A program made the position numbers and the translations under genes. A stretch of 64,000 nt of DNA from an uncultured cyanobacterium (lineage in GTDB: Bacteria > Cyanobacteriota > Cyanobacteriia > Cyanobacteriales > Cyanobacteriaceae), in assembly GCA_963710605.1 (NCBI GenBank), contig CAVQBA010000002.1, forward strand, positions 184,785-248,784, given 5' to 3'. The notes beneath the pieces were generated by a model that searched no databases, had not been told where the DNA came from, and saw nothing but the letters and a program-made list of their open reading frames with translations. Positions 1-10,022 of the stretch are shown piece after piece; positions within the stretch are counted from its first letter, which is position 1, and each line of letters opens with the position of its first letter.

Positions 1-2368
1 AGAACCAGGTGATTATAAGGTGAAGTTTATCACTCCTAATGGTTTTACCGAAAATAGTCCAGCAGATCAAGGTGGTGACGATGCGATCGATAGTGATGGC
101 ATGATGGTAACAACCAACTTATCAGTAGGTGAAAATGACCTCACATTAGATTCAGGTTTTTATAACTTAGCATCCTTAGGAGACTATGTTTTTATTGATA
201 ACAATGGTGACGGAGTCCAAAATGCAGGAGACAGTGCGATCGGTGGAGTTACTGTAGAATTACTTCAAGATGGTTCAGTAATTGGTACGACTACCACTAA
301 CTCAGATGGTAGTTACTTATTTGATGGTTTAACCCCTGGAGATTACCAAGTAAAATTTACTGCTCCCCAAAATTACAATTTCACAACAGCGAATGTAGGT
401 GATGATAGTTTAGATAGTGATGCGGATGCTACTACAGGTTTGACTTCTGTTGTCACTTTAACTAGTGGTGAATTCAACTCAACATTAGATGCGGGCTTAG
501 TTGAGAATGCACCCGCTCCTATTGAAGAAATTGACATTGAAAAATTTGTCAACGGTATTGATGTCACTAATATTAATAATCTTCCTAGTATAGTTGCAGG
601 TGAAGACGTTACTTTCACTTATACCGTTAAAAATACAGGTAATGTTGATTTTGCTTTTAATGAGGTGATTGTTGTTGATGATAACGGTACACCATTAGAT
701 ACTAGTGATGATTTTACTCCTACTTTGGTTGCTTCTTCTGATGATGGTGCTGATGGTATTCTTAGTGCAGATGAAACTTGGTTATATACTTCTACTACCC
801 AAGCGGCTCAAGATTTAGCTACTACCGTTAGTCAAGATGTTTCATTTACTTTTAATGGTAATAGTTCTTCTGCTAACGTTTTTGGTAACGATCGTACCTT
901 TACAAGTGATGGTGTTACCGTTGATGTTTCAGCTTTTAGTTTTAATAGTAGTAAAGGTTGGCAAAATGCTTTTGTTGGTGATTACAGCGGCGGTTTAGGT
1001 GTTATCAATCGTAATAGCGATTCTGATCATCGTATTGATAATACTGGTAGTCTTGATTTTCTGGTTTTTGAATTTGATAATGATGTCGTAGTCGATAAAG
1101 CATTCCTCAAATATGTCGGAAGTGATAGTGATATCTCTTTCTGGATTGGCGATCGCAATGGTGATATCTCTCACCTTAACAATAATATTCTCAACGGCTT
1201 TACTGAAGGTCAAAATTGGGGTGGAAGTAACGATCGTTGGGCAAACATTAACAATAATGAATTGAGCGGTAACACATTTATCATCTCTGCACATGAGCAT
1301 GGTACTAATGATTCATTCAAACTTAATAAACTCGATATCTCGAAAATAACTACTTCTGGTGATAGTAGTTATGTTAATACTGCTACTGTTGAAGCAGGTT
1401 CAGCAATTGATAGTGATGCAAGTGGTTATATTAACGAAGTTGCTAATCCTGGTATTAATTTAGAAAAATTCACCAATGGTTTTGATGTTACCGACGCTAA
1501 CAATCTTCCTACGATCGCCGTTGGTGCAGATGTAACCTTTACTTATACTGTCGAAAATACAGGTAACGTTAGTTTTGCATTATCTGATGTCGATCTAGTT
1601 GATGATAACGGCACACCAGATAATGCTCACGATGATTTTGCTCCGACTTTAGATGCTTCATCTGATATTAACTCAGATGGTATTCTTAGCCCTGGTGAAA
1701 CATGGACATATTCCTCAGCTACCGAAGCCGCTCAAGAATTAACTGTTACCACTAAAGAAGATGTCTGGTTTACATTTAATGGTCACAGCTCATCATCTTA
1801 TACTTATGGTAACGAGCGTAGCTTTACAAGTGGTGAGGTAAGTGTTGATGTTACAGCTTTTAGTTCTAATAGTCATGGAAATGATTGGAAAACTGCTTAT
1901 GTTGGTGATTATAGTGGTGGTTTAGGTGTTATTAATCGTCACGAAGATAGCTCTCTTCACCGTACAGATAACAGTGGTAGTGTTGATTATCTCTTATTCC
2001 AATTTGATAGTGAAGTTGCTGTAGATAAAGCATTACTCAAATATGTTGGAAGCGATAGCGATATTTCTTACTGGATTGGCGATCGTAATGGTGACATCAC
2101 TAACTTAGATGATAGTATTCTTGATGGCTTTAGTGAAGGTCAAAGCTGGGGTGGAAGTCACGATCGTTGGGCTAATATTAATAATAATGAATTAACTGGT
2201 GATACCTTAGTTATTTCGGCAATGAGAGGCGGTAGCAATGATTCATTCAAACTAAACAAACTTGGTGTTGATGCTTTCACTACTACTAGTACCGATTATG
2301 TCAATATAGCCACTGTTGATACTGGATTAGTTAGCGATACTGATTTTAGTGGTTATATTAATGCTTAA
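1..2368 (+). CDS. Large repetitive surface/adhesin-like protein, 3' part only (SdrD B-like domains plus two DUF11/DUF7507-like repeats)
   Basis: Frame is open from the window start. SdrD-B motifs (SLGDYVFIDNNGDGVQ...GSYLFDGLTPGDYQVKFTAP...DSDAD), then two ~300-aa repeats (EKFxNG...VTFTYTVxNTGNV...DGILSxxETW). Confidence 0.8.
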   Translation, partial: EPGDYKVKFITPNGFTENSPADQGGDDAIDSDGMMVTTNLSVGENDLTLDSGFYNLASLGDYVFIDNNGDGVQNAGDSAIGGVTVELLQDGSVIGTTTTNSDGSYLFDGLTPGDYQVKFTAPQNYNFTTANVGDDSLDSDADATTGLTSVVTLTSGEFNSTLDAGLVENAPAPIEEIDIEKFVNGIDVTNINNLPSIVAGEDVTFTYTVKNTGNVDFAFNEVIVVDDNGTPLDTSDDFTPTLVASSDDGADGILSADETWLYTSTTQAAQDLATTVSQDVSFTFNGNSSSANVFGNDRTFTSDGVTVDVSAFSFNSSKGWQNAFVGDYSGGLGVINRNSDSDHRIDNTGSLDFLVFEFDNDVVVDKAFLKYVGSDSDISFWIGDRNGDISHLNNNILNGFTEGQNWGGSNDRWANINNNELSGNTFIISAHEHGTNDSFKLNKLDISKITTSGDSSYVNTATVEAGSAIDSDASGYINEVANPGINLEKFTNGFDVTDANNLPTIAVGADVTFTYTVENTGNVSFALSDVDLVDDNGTPDNAHDDFAPTLDASSDINSDGILSPGETWTYSSATEAAQELTVTTKEDVWFTFNGHSSSSYTYGNERSFTSGEVSVDVTAFSSNSHGNDWKTAYVGDYSGGLGVINRHEDSSLHRTDNSGSVDYLLFQFDSEVAVDKALLKYVGSDSDISYWIGDRNGDITNLDDSILDGFSEGQSWGGSHDRWANINNNELTGDTLVISAMRGGSNDSFKLNKLGVDAFTTTSTDYVNIATVDTGLVSDTDFSGYINA

Positions 2369-2418
2369 AATAGTTAAAAGTTGAGAGTTAAAAATTAATT
2401 ATTCATTGTATTTTGTGC

Positions 2419-3303
2419 TTAATTTTCTATTGATTCTGGGGGAGTAAATTGTCTTTGCTCTCCTTTGTCATTAAGTTCTACAATTGCTAAAAAGAGAGAT
2501 ACACTAATAATGATGAATATACCTATAGTAAACAAATTGGTTGTTACTTTTTGAGAAATCTGTTTTCTACTTTTTCGCTTTACTCTACTTTTATTTCGAG
2601 AGTTAGAAACAATCTTTTTTTCTTCTAATTCAAATTTAACTTTTATTGGTCGATTGCATACTTTACTAAATGCTTGTTCAAAATCAACTTTTTTTTCATT
2701 CAAACTAGATAAAAGATGATAATTTTTACATTCTAAAACTGCAATATCATCAATTATATGAACTAACTTTAAACCCTGACGAGAATATTGAATTGATACC
2801 AAAGACTCTAAATTATCAATCACTTGTCGTAAAGTATCATTTAAACGATCGGCTTTCAAATCACCAAACATATCAAAATCGCTTTTCGCCCTTAATTCAA
2901 AACCCTGTTTTTCCAACGCTATACCTCGATAAAAATAAGCATTCTCAAAATCATCATCCATTTTAATTGCCTGAGAAAAATGATTAACTGCTTCATGCCA
3001 ATCTTCTTTTTCAGCGGCTTCTACACCTAACTCATAAAAATAAGTAGCATCTATACTATAAGTTGTGTATCCTTCATCTTGCTTTGATATAGGCTGATTG
3101 TCTGGGATACTTTTTAAAAGGGCATGATAGGCATTAGTAATATTAACAAATTTTTGTTGAGCTATTTTTTGCTCTTTTTGATTACCTGTATGATGATCAG
3201 GATGCCATTTTTTAGCTAATTGTCGATATGCTTTTTTAACTTCTTCTTTGGTGGGATTATCATTTAATTCCAGTACTTGATAATATTGCTCTAAGTTTTT
3301 CAT
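2419..3303 (-). CDS. DnaJ-domain/TPR protein with C-terminal transmembrane helix
   Basis: YYQVLEL...KKAYRQLAKKWHPD J-domain, TPR motifs (AVNHFSQAIKMD, AYFYRGIA), hydrophobic C-terminal segment. Confidence 0.85.
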   Translation of the reverse strand: MKNLEQYYQVLELNDNPTKEEVKKAYRQLAKKWHPDHHTGNQKEQKIAQQKFVNITNAYHALLKSIPDNQPISKQDEGYTTYSIDATYFYELGVEAAEKEDWHEAVNHFSQAIKMDDDFENAYFYRGIALEKQGFELRAKSDFDMFGDLKADRLNDTLRQVIDNLESLVSIQYSRQGLKLVHIIDDIAVLECKNYHLLSSLNEKKVDFEQAFSKVCNRPIKVKFELEEKKIVSNSRNKSRVKRKSRKQISQKVTTNLFTIGIFIIISVSLFLAIVELNDKGEQRQFTPPESIEN

Positions 3304-3558
3304 TGGGGGTAAAATAATAGGAAATTAACAAATTTAATCTCGATGAAATATATAACTGATTAAATAGTCCAACAAATTGTAGATTTAATTTTAATTGATA
3401 TTGGTTTATTTGATAGTTTAATATAACAGTTGAATCAATATAAATCATCAAACTAAACTAGATGATGAATAATTATTTACGATCGCTTCAGGAATTGACT
3501 ATTATTGATATTATTAATAAAGATTAATTTGTGCTAGGCACTATAGGAGTAAAATAAC

Positions 3559-4212
3559 TTGCAGATTGAAGATTTAATTGAAATTGGTACGATCGTAGCA
3601 CCTCAAGGATTAAAAGGAGAAGTTAAGGTTAAAACTAGTTCAGATTTTCCTGAACGTTTTGAGCAAGCAGGAATTAGATGGTTACAAACTCAGTCTCATC
3701 AATCACCGATTGAAATTGAATTAATTCGTGGAAAACAAATACCGGGTAAGAATGTTTTTGTGGTTAAATTATCGGGTATAGACGATCGTAATCAATCTGA
3801 AAGTTTAAGGGGTAGTAAGTTATTTATCTCTAAAAACGATCGACCTTATTTAGAAGAAGAAGAATATCATGTCGCTGATTTAATTGGGTTAGAAGTATAT
3901 CATCAACAAACAGAAGAAAACATTGGCTTTATTTGTAATGTATTCACCGCAGGTAACGATATTTTAGAAGTAGAATTACATAAGCAACCTTTACCAGAAG
4001 AAAAGGAAATTGAAGTTGATGTAAGTAAAATAAATAGACTTTCTAAAAGACGTAAAATAATCAGAAAAAACAAACGTAAGAATAAACCCGTTACTGTTTT
4101 AATCCCTTTTGTTAAAGAAATAGTACCTATTGTTGATTTACAGAAAAAAATAATTAAAATAAATCCTCCTTCTGGTTTACTAAACTTAGATTTAGCTGAA
4201 GAATCAAGATGA
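3559..4212 (+). CDS. rimM: 16S rRNA processing protein RimM
   Basis: IGTIVAPQGLKGEVKV, EYHVADLIGLEV, VLIPFVKEIVPIVDL motifs. Confidence 0.95.
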   Translation: MQIEDLIEIGTIVAPQGLKGEVKVKTSSDFPERFEQAGIRWLQTQSHQSPIEIELIRGKQIPGKNVFVVKLSGIDDRNQSESLRGSKLFISKNDRPYLEEEEYHVADLIGLEVYHQQTEENIGFICNVFTAGNDILEVELHKQPLPEEKEIEVDVSKINRLSKRRKIIRKNKRKNKPVTVLIPFVKEIVPIVDLQKKIIKINPPSGLLNLDLAEESR

Positions 4213-4370
4213 TTAGATAATTAAAAATGAAGAGCTATATTTTAAAATCAATCAATCATAAAATTTTGCTTATTTTGTAGATGAATCGATTCAATTGTCG
4301 TTAATCTATTAAATGAATTTAACTTTACACAAATTTTTTTCGATAATATTTGCTTTGCTTACTTTGATAA

Positions 4371-4766
4371 TTAATTTTGTTCTTCTGCGAATAAGTGATT
4401 TAAGATTCGTTTATTTTCAGTTTGTAACCCTTTAATCTCAGACTGCCTATTTTTCATAATTGTAATACTTTGGTTAAACATTTTACTTAAAAAAGTCATT
4501 TGTTTGGTCAATCGATCGATTTTTTGTATATTCTGGTGAATTTACTTTATATTGTTAAGAGTATTTTTAGCACAAGTAAGTAGCCCCAATTAATTAAACG
4601 TCAAAAAGCTTATGTTCGTAGCCGCCATCGCTTAAGCCCTTATCTTAATAGTTTTTTAGACCCCTAAAAGGGTAACTATAAACTTTTTTTTATTTAGGTT
4701 GAGCTACTTATCAAGTAATATTTTAATTTGTTTTAATCTTTCTTCTGAGATGGTTTGGTTATTGTT
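4371..4766 (-). pseudogene. Small cyanobacterial coiled-coil gene remnant (EIxGLQTENxRILxHLF type) interrupted by a MITE
   Basis: Manual translation of 4499-4371 gives MTFLSKMFNQSITIMKNRQSEIKGLQTENKRILNHLFAEEQN*. Removing the 4579-4708 element plus one TA joins SEERLKQIKILLD-TCAKNTLNNIK*IHQNIQKIDRLTKQM in frame. Confidence 0.6.
4577..4710. mobile_element. MITE (IS630-like, TA target duplication)
   Basis: Imperfect terminal inverted repeats TAAGTAGCCCCAATTAATTAA / TTATTTAGGTTGAGCTACTTA. TA at 4577-78 and 4709-10. Non-coding. Confidence 0.7.
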
Positions 4767-4811
4767 TTAAACGATCTTTTTTTCAAAGATATAGAAATAG
4801 TCTAAAATTAC

Positions 4812-5585
4812 TCAAATCTCTATTTGTTCAATATTATCAAAAGAAGTTAAACCTATATTTTGAGGTGACGATTTTTCTTTTTGCTGATTAAAATGATGAC
4901 GATAGTGACATTGCTCACACTTATCATGATGAGGAAAATTAATCTTTTGTAGATAAAAATTAGTAATTAAATCTTCAAATTTATGCAAAATATCAGCTAA
5001 ATCTTGTTTAATTTGTTGATGAAATAAATTACTATACTGTATCGAATATTTTTCAATTTTTTCGGCTGAGGAGATAAACCAGTAATCAAAGAATATTTGC
5101 TCAGGTAAATAATTAAATTTTTCGGCTAATACATATAAATATAACTTCGTTTGCCAGTTACCAAGTATTTTATCTTTTTGTTCGGGTTGACGATAAGTTT
5201 TCCAATCAATAATAGTCGCTTGATTTGGTGATAAAACTAACAAATCATAAATAACAGTAAACATATAATTATTCCAAGTATAATTAACTTGATATTCTGC
5301 TTCTCTAAATTTAATTTCTGATGAAAACCAGATATTTTGAGTTTGATTAATTAATGCTGTTACTTGTTTAATTAGTTCGGGATTATTAGGGGCAAAATTA
5401 TCAATTTCTAAACCTAAATTATACTGTTGCATTAGTAAGTGAAATGATTTACCCCACTGTGTTTTTTCTTGATATTCAAGATTATGAGGCTCAATTACTT
5501 TTTGGAAATAAACTTTTTCAAAATAAGGTGGACATATTTGCAGTAAATTTAAATCACTTTGAGATAAATGATAGTAATTAGTCAT
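4812..5585 (-). CDS. PD-(D/E)XK nuclease family protein (AddB/Cas4-like fold)
   Basis: WGKSFHLLMQ, YDLLV...IIDWKT, WQTKLYLY, C-terminal CxxC. Confidence 0.85.
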   Translation of the reverse strand: MTNYYHLSQSDLNLLQICPPYFEKVYFQKVIEPHNLEYQEKTQWGKSFHLLMQQYNLGLEIDNFAPNNPELIKQVTALINQTQNIWFSSEIKFREAEYQVNYTWNNYMFTVIYDLLVLSPNQATIIDWKTYRQPEQKDKILGNWQTKLYLYVLAEKFNYLPEQIFFDYWFISSAEKIEKYSIQYSNLFHQQIKQDLADILHKFEDLITNFYLQKINFPHHDKCEQCHYRHHFNQQKEKSSPQNIGLTSFDNIEQIEI

Positions 5586-5711
5586 GACACGATTTTAGCT
5601 CAAATTTTTAAGCAATATTTTTAATTATCATCATCTCTAATTTTAAATTACCACCGATTCAGATTAGAATAATAATACTCAATCAATTGTTGAATAAGTA
5701 ATCTTTAACCC

Positions 5712-6407
5712 ATGTCTGAAGTTGAAAAAATATTATTAGTAGATGACGAGCCCGGTATTCGTGAATCTGTGCAAGCATATCTTAGTTGTAATGAAAATTG
5801 GCAAGTAGAAGTAGCTGTTAATGTTGCTCAAGCATGGGAAAAGATACAAAAAGAAATACCTGATTTGATTGTGTCTGATATTATGATGCCTGAGGTTGAT
5901 GGCTTAGAATTTTTGGCTCAACTTAGAGCGGATACTCGTTATCAAAGTTTGCCTGTTGTTTTATTGACTGCTAAAGGGATGACAACCGATCGAATTGAAG
6001 GATATACCGCAGGATGTGATGCTTATTTACCCAAACCATTCGACCCAGACGAGTTAGAAGCGATCGTTAAAAATCTTCTTGACAGACAAAAAACATTACA
6101 AGACAGTCAAGACGGTAATACTCAACTAGACGAATTACTAAAAGATGTTAAAGATATTAAAGACAAATTAGAAAATAATAACACATTCACTAAAAGTCAA
6201 CCGACTGTAAAAATCGATTTGACTCCAAGAGAGCAAAGTGTGTTAGATTTAGTCGCTAAAGGATTAATGAATAAAGAAATCGCTAAGACATTAAATACTA
6301 GTATCCGTAATGTGGAAAAATACGTCAGCCGTCTGTTTAATAAAACAGGTACTAATAGTCGTACTGAGTTAGTCAGATTTGCCCTAAAACAAGGTTTGAC
6401 AGATTAA
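5712..6407 (+). CDS. NarL/LuxR-family response regulator (Ycf29/Rre1-like)
   Basis: Receiver domain (LLVDDEPG, SDIMMP, YLPKPF) plus LuxR HTH (LTPREQSVL...GLMNKEIA...NVEKYVSRLFNKTG). Confidence 0.9.
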   Translation: MSEVEKILLVDDEPGIRESVQAYLSCNENWQVEVAVNVAQAWEKIQKEIPDLIVSDIMMPEVDGLEFLAQLRADTRYQSLPVVLLTAKGMTTDRIEGYTAGCDAYLPKPFDPDELEAIVKNLLDRQKTLQDSQDGNTQLDELLKDVKDIKDKLENNNTFTKSQPTVKIDLTPREQSVLDLVAKGLMNKEIAKTLNTSIRNVEKYVSRLFNKTGTNSRTELVRFALKQGLTD

Positions 6408-6447
6408 AATCTTTAAATACCTATAAATGATACTTAATCGTGATCAA

Positions 6448-6475
6448 TGTTGGGTTTCGTTTTCTTTACCCAACT
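6448..6475. repeat. REP-like hairpin (GTTGGGTTTCG...CCCAAC family)
   Basis: GTTGGGT...ACCCAAC inverted repeat between convergent genes. Same family as 23787-23849. Confidence 0.55.
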
Positions 6476-6625
6476 GACTAGCAATAACAAATTTTTCCTG
6501 AAATCCACACTTTGAGGTAATTATTTTCGGTTTCTTATTTTCGCTTCTGTATAAATTTTCCCCGTTAAACCTTAGGAAGACGAATTAACTCAACAATTTT
6601 GCTGTAATTTCAAGTTGAATTAGAC

Positions 6626-7330
6626 TTATTCATCTACGATTTTACCATCAGAAAACAAAATAATTCGATTAGTTTGATCTCCTACTTCTTGTTCGTGAGT
6701 GACCAAAATAATTGTCATTTTTTCTTCTTGATTAAGTTGCCTAAAGATTGCCATTACCTCGAGAGTCGTTTGGGAATCTAACGCTCCTGTTGGTTCATCA
6801 GCTAATAAAATCAGGGGTTGGTTAACGATCGATCGTGCGATCGCAACCCGTTGTTGTTGTCCACCAGAAAGCTGATTCGGTTTATTACCCAAACGATTAC
6901 CCAAGCCAACTTTAGTCAAGGCAACTTCTGCTTTTTCTTTTCTTTCTCGATCTGATACCCCCGCATAAACCATCGGTAACATCGTGTTTTCTAAAGCTGA
7001 TAGTTGAGGTAAAAGATGAAACTGTTGAAAAACAAAACCAATTTGCCGATTACGAATCGAAGCTAGTTGGTTTGCGGATAAACTAGCAACATTTTTACCA
7101 TCTAAGTAATAACTACCCACAGTAGGACGATCGAGACAACCAAGTATATTCATCATCGTTGATTTTCCTGAGCCAGAAGAACCCATAATGGCACAATACT
7201 CGCCCGTATCGATCGCTAAATTTACTCCCGAAAGAGCATTAACCTGAATATCTCCACTACCATAAGTTTTATAAATATTATCAAGTTTAATCAAAGATTG
7301 TAAAGCTACAACAGAAGCATTCATCATCAA
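6626..7330 (-). CDS. ABC transporter ATP-binding protein (LolD/MacB-like)
   Basis: Walker [45 protein letters not shown]. Confidence 0.95.
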   Translation of the reverse strand: MMMNASVVALQSLIKLDNIYKTYGSGDIQVNALSGVNLAIDTGEYCAIMGSSGSGKSTMMNILGCLDRPTVGSYYLDGKNVASLSANQLASIRNRQIGFVFQQFHLLPQLSALENTMLPMVYAGVSDRERKEKAEVALTKVGLGNRLGNKPNQLSGGQQQRVAIARSIVNQPLILLADEPTGALDSQTTLEVMAIFRQLNQEEKMTIILVTHEQEVGDQTNRIILFSDGKIVDE

Positions 7331-7345
7331 AATAAAAATTAAGTA

Positions 7346-7621
7346 TTACGATTCGAGAGTGGTCCATAAACCATACTTACTTTCATAGTAATTCAAAATA
7401 GATTGTACTTTATCTTCTCGATCGTCATCAGGAAGATACTTCAACCATAAACCACCAACTTGACTTTGCAAATAATCAAACTCTTGAGTTGTTTGTTCTA
7501 ACAAATCTACATCCACCCCATCTACTTGCTGAAGATGAGCCTTAATTTCTCGGTAAACAGCTAAAGGCAAACCAGAACAAGTTAATTTTTTTTGCTTACC
7601 TTCGATTAAATTTTCAGACAA
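7346..7621 (-). CDS. Hypothetical protein, probably conserved in cyanobacteria
   Basis: 91-aa ORF co-oriented and closely spaced between the lipoprotein and ABC genes (GLPLAVYREIKAHLQQV). Confidence 0.75.
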   Translation of the reverse strand: MSENLIEGKQKKLTCSGLPLAVYREIKAHLQQVDGVDVDLLEQTTQEFDYLQSQVGGLWLKYLPDDDREDKVQSILNYYESKYGLWTTLES

Positions 7622-7682
7622 AATGACTTAACCTCCTCTAAAACATCAATAAAAAGAATGATTTATACCATCAAAAAATGTT

Positions 7683-8651
7683 TTATGAATCCGTTGAAGC
7701 CTCGTCGCTATTACCAACATTTTCAGTTACTTTACGGGTAACATCTGCTCCATTTTGTTCTAAAATAACTATTCCATCAGCATCATTAATACTACGAAAT
7801 ACTGTTCCACTACTTTCTTCTAGAGCAATATCAGTCGCTGAATCAAAAGAAATTTGCTTAACTTTGACATTAATAGAGCCTGTAGAATCAGAAATAACAT
7901 CTCCGACTCTAACCGATCGAGTTGTACCATCCCAAGGAGTTGTCACTAAAGCAACATTTTGTCCTTGTAAATCCATGATTCCTGATATTTGAATTCCTTG
8001 CGCTTCTTCTGTTCTAGGAAGTTGCGGTAGATTCATTCCTTGACCTAAATCGCCACCTGTTGAAGATGTCGTTCTTGCCGCAATCTGAGTATCACCACCG
8101 CCACCAGTATTTGTTCTATTTTGAGTATTTGTCGGGACTTGACCTGCGGGTGTTCTTCTAACTAAAACTGTACTTGGTGTAGTTTCCACAGGATTTGGTC
8201 TATTGTTACCGCCAGAATTAGGTCTTCCCGCATTATTATTCGGTCTTCCCGCATTATTATTCGGTCTTCGGGCATTATTGTTAGGTTGACCTGTAACAAC
8301 TGGTTCTCTAATCAGAATCGCATTATTTTTAAATCTATCTTGAGCTGTGGGGGACAATCCTTGATTAGAAGCAATTTGCACTACTTGAGGAGGACGAATA
8401 ACACCAAAAGGGTCTCCTTTGCCTTGATTTACTTGTTTTAATCTTACTTGAGGATTAGTTGAAGGAATCAAACCACTAACATTACCTGTATTATCACTAG
8501 GAGTTTCTGGTGTGGTATCAATTTCCACTTCAGGAATTGGTTGAGGAGGAGGAACAGGATTATTATTTGATTGGGTTTGCTCTTCTTCACCACAAGCGAT
8601 TAGAAATAAGCAACTTGAAAGTAAGACAACAGAAAGTTTTAATTTATTCAT
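7683..8651 (-). CDS. Predicted lipoprotein, PilP/GspC-HR-like C-terminal domain
   Basis: Lipobox LFLIAC, Pro-rich linker, GDPF motif, beta-rich ISGIM...VALV...VRVGDVI...VKVKQI. Start taken at MNKLK. Confidence 0.7.
   Translation of the reverse strand: MNKLKLSVVLLSSCLFLIACGEEEQTQSNNNPVPPPQPIPEVEIDTTPETPSDNTGNVSGLIPSTNPQVRLKQVNQGKGDPFGVIRPPQVVQIASNQGLSPTAQDRFKNNAILIREPVVTGQPNNNARRPNNNAGRPNNNAGRPNSGGNNRPNPVETTPSTVLVRRTPAGQVPTNTQNRTNTGGGGDTQIAARTTSSTGGDLGQGMNLPQLPRTEEAQGIQISGIMDLQGQNVALVTTPWDGTTRSVRVGDVISDSTGSINVKVKQISFDSATDIALEESSGTVFRSINDADGIVILEQNGADVTRKVTENVGNSDEASTDS
8221..8285 (-). repeat. In-frame 21-bp tandem repeat (PNNNA[GR]R x3)
   Basis: GGTCTTCCCGCATTATTATTC units within the lipoprotein linker. 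Confidence 0.85.
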
Positions 8652-8723
8652 AATTAGCAAATTGTTAATCAGCGAACATTTATTGTTTTGATTATCATAG
8701 TACTCATTGGAATTTAATTATGA

Positions 8724-9497
8724 TTAAAATTCTTCTGGTTGTACTAATCTTCTCATTGTAGCTATACCTTTCTTCATTCTGCGAGAAACAGTAATTACAC
8801 TTACACCCAAGGCATCAGCAGTTTCTTTTTGGGTTAAATCTTGTAAGAATACAAATTCTAACACTTTACGAGTACCATCTTCTAACTGTTCTAGTGCATT
8901 TTGTAATCTTATTTTGTCTTCTTGCACTAGTTGAAAGCTACGATACTTATTGTCTGGTAAATAATCAGCTAAGCTAGTTTTATTGCCATCATTATTATCG
9001 GTGATATCCAAACTAATTGGTTTTCTGTTTTGATGAGCTAATTTGACTTCTTGCAATTCATCAAGGGAAATATTTAATTCAATTGCTATTTCACGATCGG
9101 TAGGTTGACGATTGAGTTTATTTCTTAATTCTCTGGTAACACGATTAGATTGGTGTTTTAATTCTTGACAACGTCTAGGAATACGTACAGAATCACCTTT
9201 ATCTCTTAAATAATGTTGAATTTCTCCTCTAATATAAGGAGTTGCAAAAGAGCTGAATGCGTAACCTTTTTGAGGGTCAAATCTTTCGATCGCTCTGATT
9301 AATCCTAAAATTCCAACTTGTAACAAATCATCATAATTTTCCTGACAACGATTAAGCCAATGAGATACTTCTTTTTTCGCTAAGCCTAAATTCGATTGGA
9401 TAATTTTATTTCTAACTTCCAGTTTTTTGCTTTCTTGGTAATCTTGAAATAATTTTTGATTAATTGCTCTGTATTCTGAAGTTGTTTTAGTAGTCAT
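8724..9497 (-). CDS. sigF: RNA polymerase sigma factor SigF (group 3, SigB/F-like)
   Basis: DLLQVGILGLIRAIERFDP, FSSFATPYIRGEIQHYLRDK, DLTQKETA...SVITVSRR. Confidence 0.93.
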   Translation of the reverse strand: MTTKTTSEYRAINQKLFQDYQESKKLEVRNKIIQSNLGLAKKEVSHWLNRCQENYDDLLQVGILGLIRAIERFDPQKGYAFSSFATPYIRGEIQHYLRDKGDSVRIPRRCQELKHQSNRVTRELRNKLNRQPTDREIAIELNISLDELQEVKLAHQNRKPISLDITDNNDGNKTSLADYLPDNKYRSFQLVQEDKIRLQNALEQLEDGTRKVLEFVFLQDLTQKETADALGVSVITVSRRMKKGIATMRRLVQPEEF

Positions 9498-10022
9498 AAT
9501 TTTATTTTCTTATCTTATAAATCTGTAATGATTGTGGTGAATTATTATCCTCAAGCAAACTTTTTTTAGAAAGCTATGAAATGTTTGTTATTTGTTTTGG
9601 GTATCCTCATTATATGCTTTGGTTTTACTACAATACAATAGAGTATTTACGGGTTTTTTGATCCTGTCGTTTTAGTTAACTCATAGTTTATACGGATCTT
9701 TGTATCTTCCTTAAGTAGTTATTTCATCAAATCTTTACATTAGATTCTCACTTTGTTTTTTAATACTTAAATACTCTGAAATAATTAGGGCAAAAATAGG
9801 GCGAATTAACTCACTAATGTTATCAAAAACTGACAATAACTACTTCAGATTAAAGATTGATTTAAGAATAGATTTTTGATTTAATTTTTTTTACCGATTG
9901 ATATTTTAAGTACATAAATCTAACCAATAGAATTGATGAGTCTGGTTTAATACTTAATGATGGCAATTATTCGTGGGTTACAGTTACAGTATTATGTAAC
10001 GGATAAATAAATTATCAAGACG

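Noticed and set aside
4000-4090. Lys/Arg-rich insertion in RimM as a novel domain
   Set aside because: It is a low-complexity loop insertion; as I recall, such insertions are common in cyanobacterial RimM.
4812-5585. cas4 of a CRISPR-Cas system
   Set aside because: Solitary PD-(D/E)XK gene with an incomplete Cys set and no cas1, cas2 or array.
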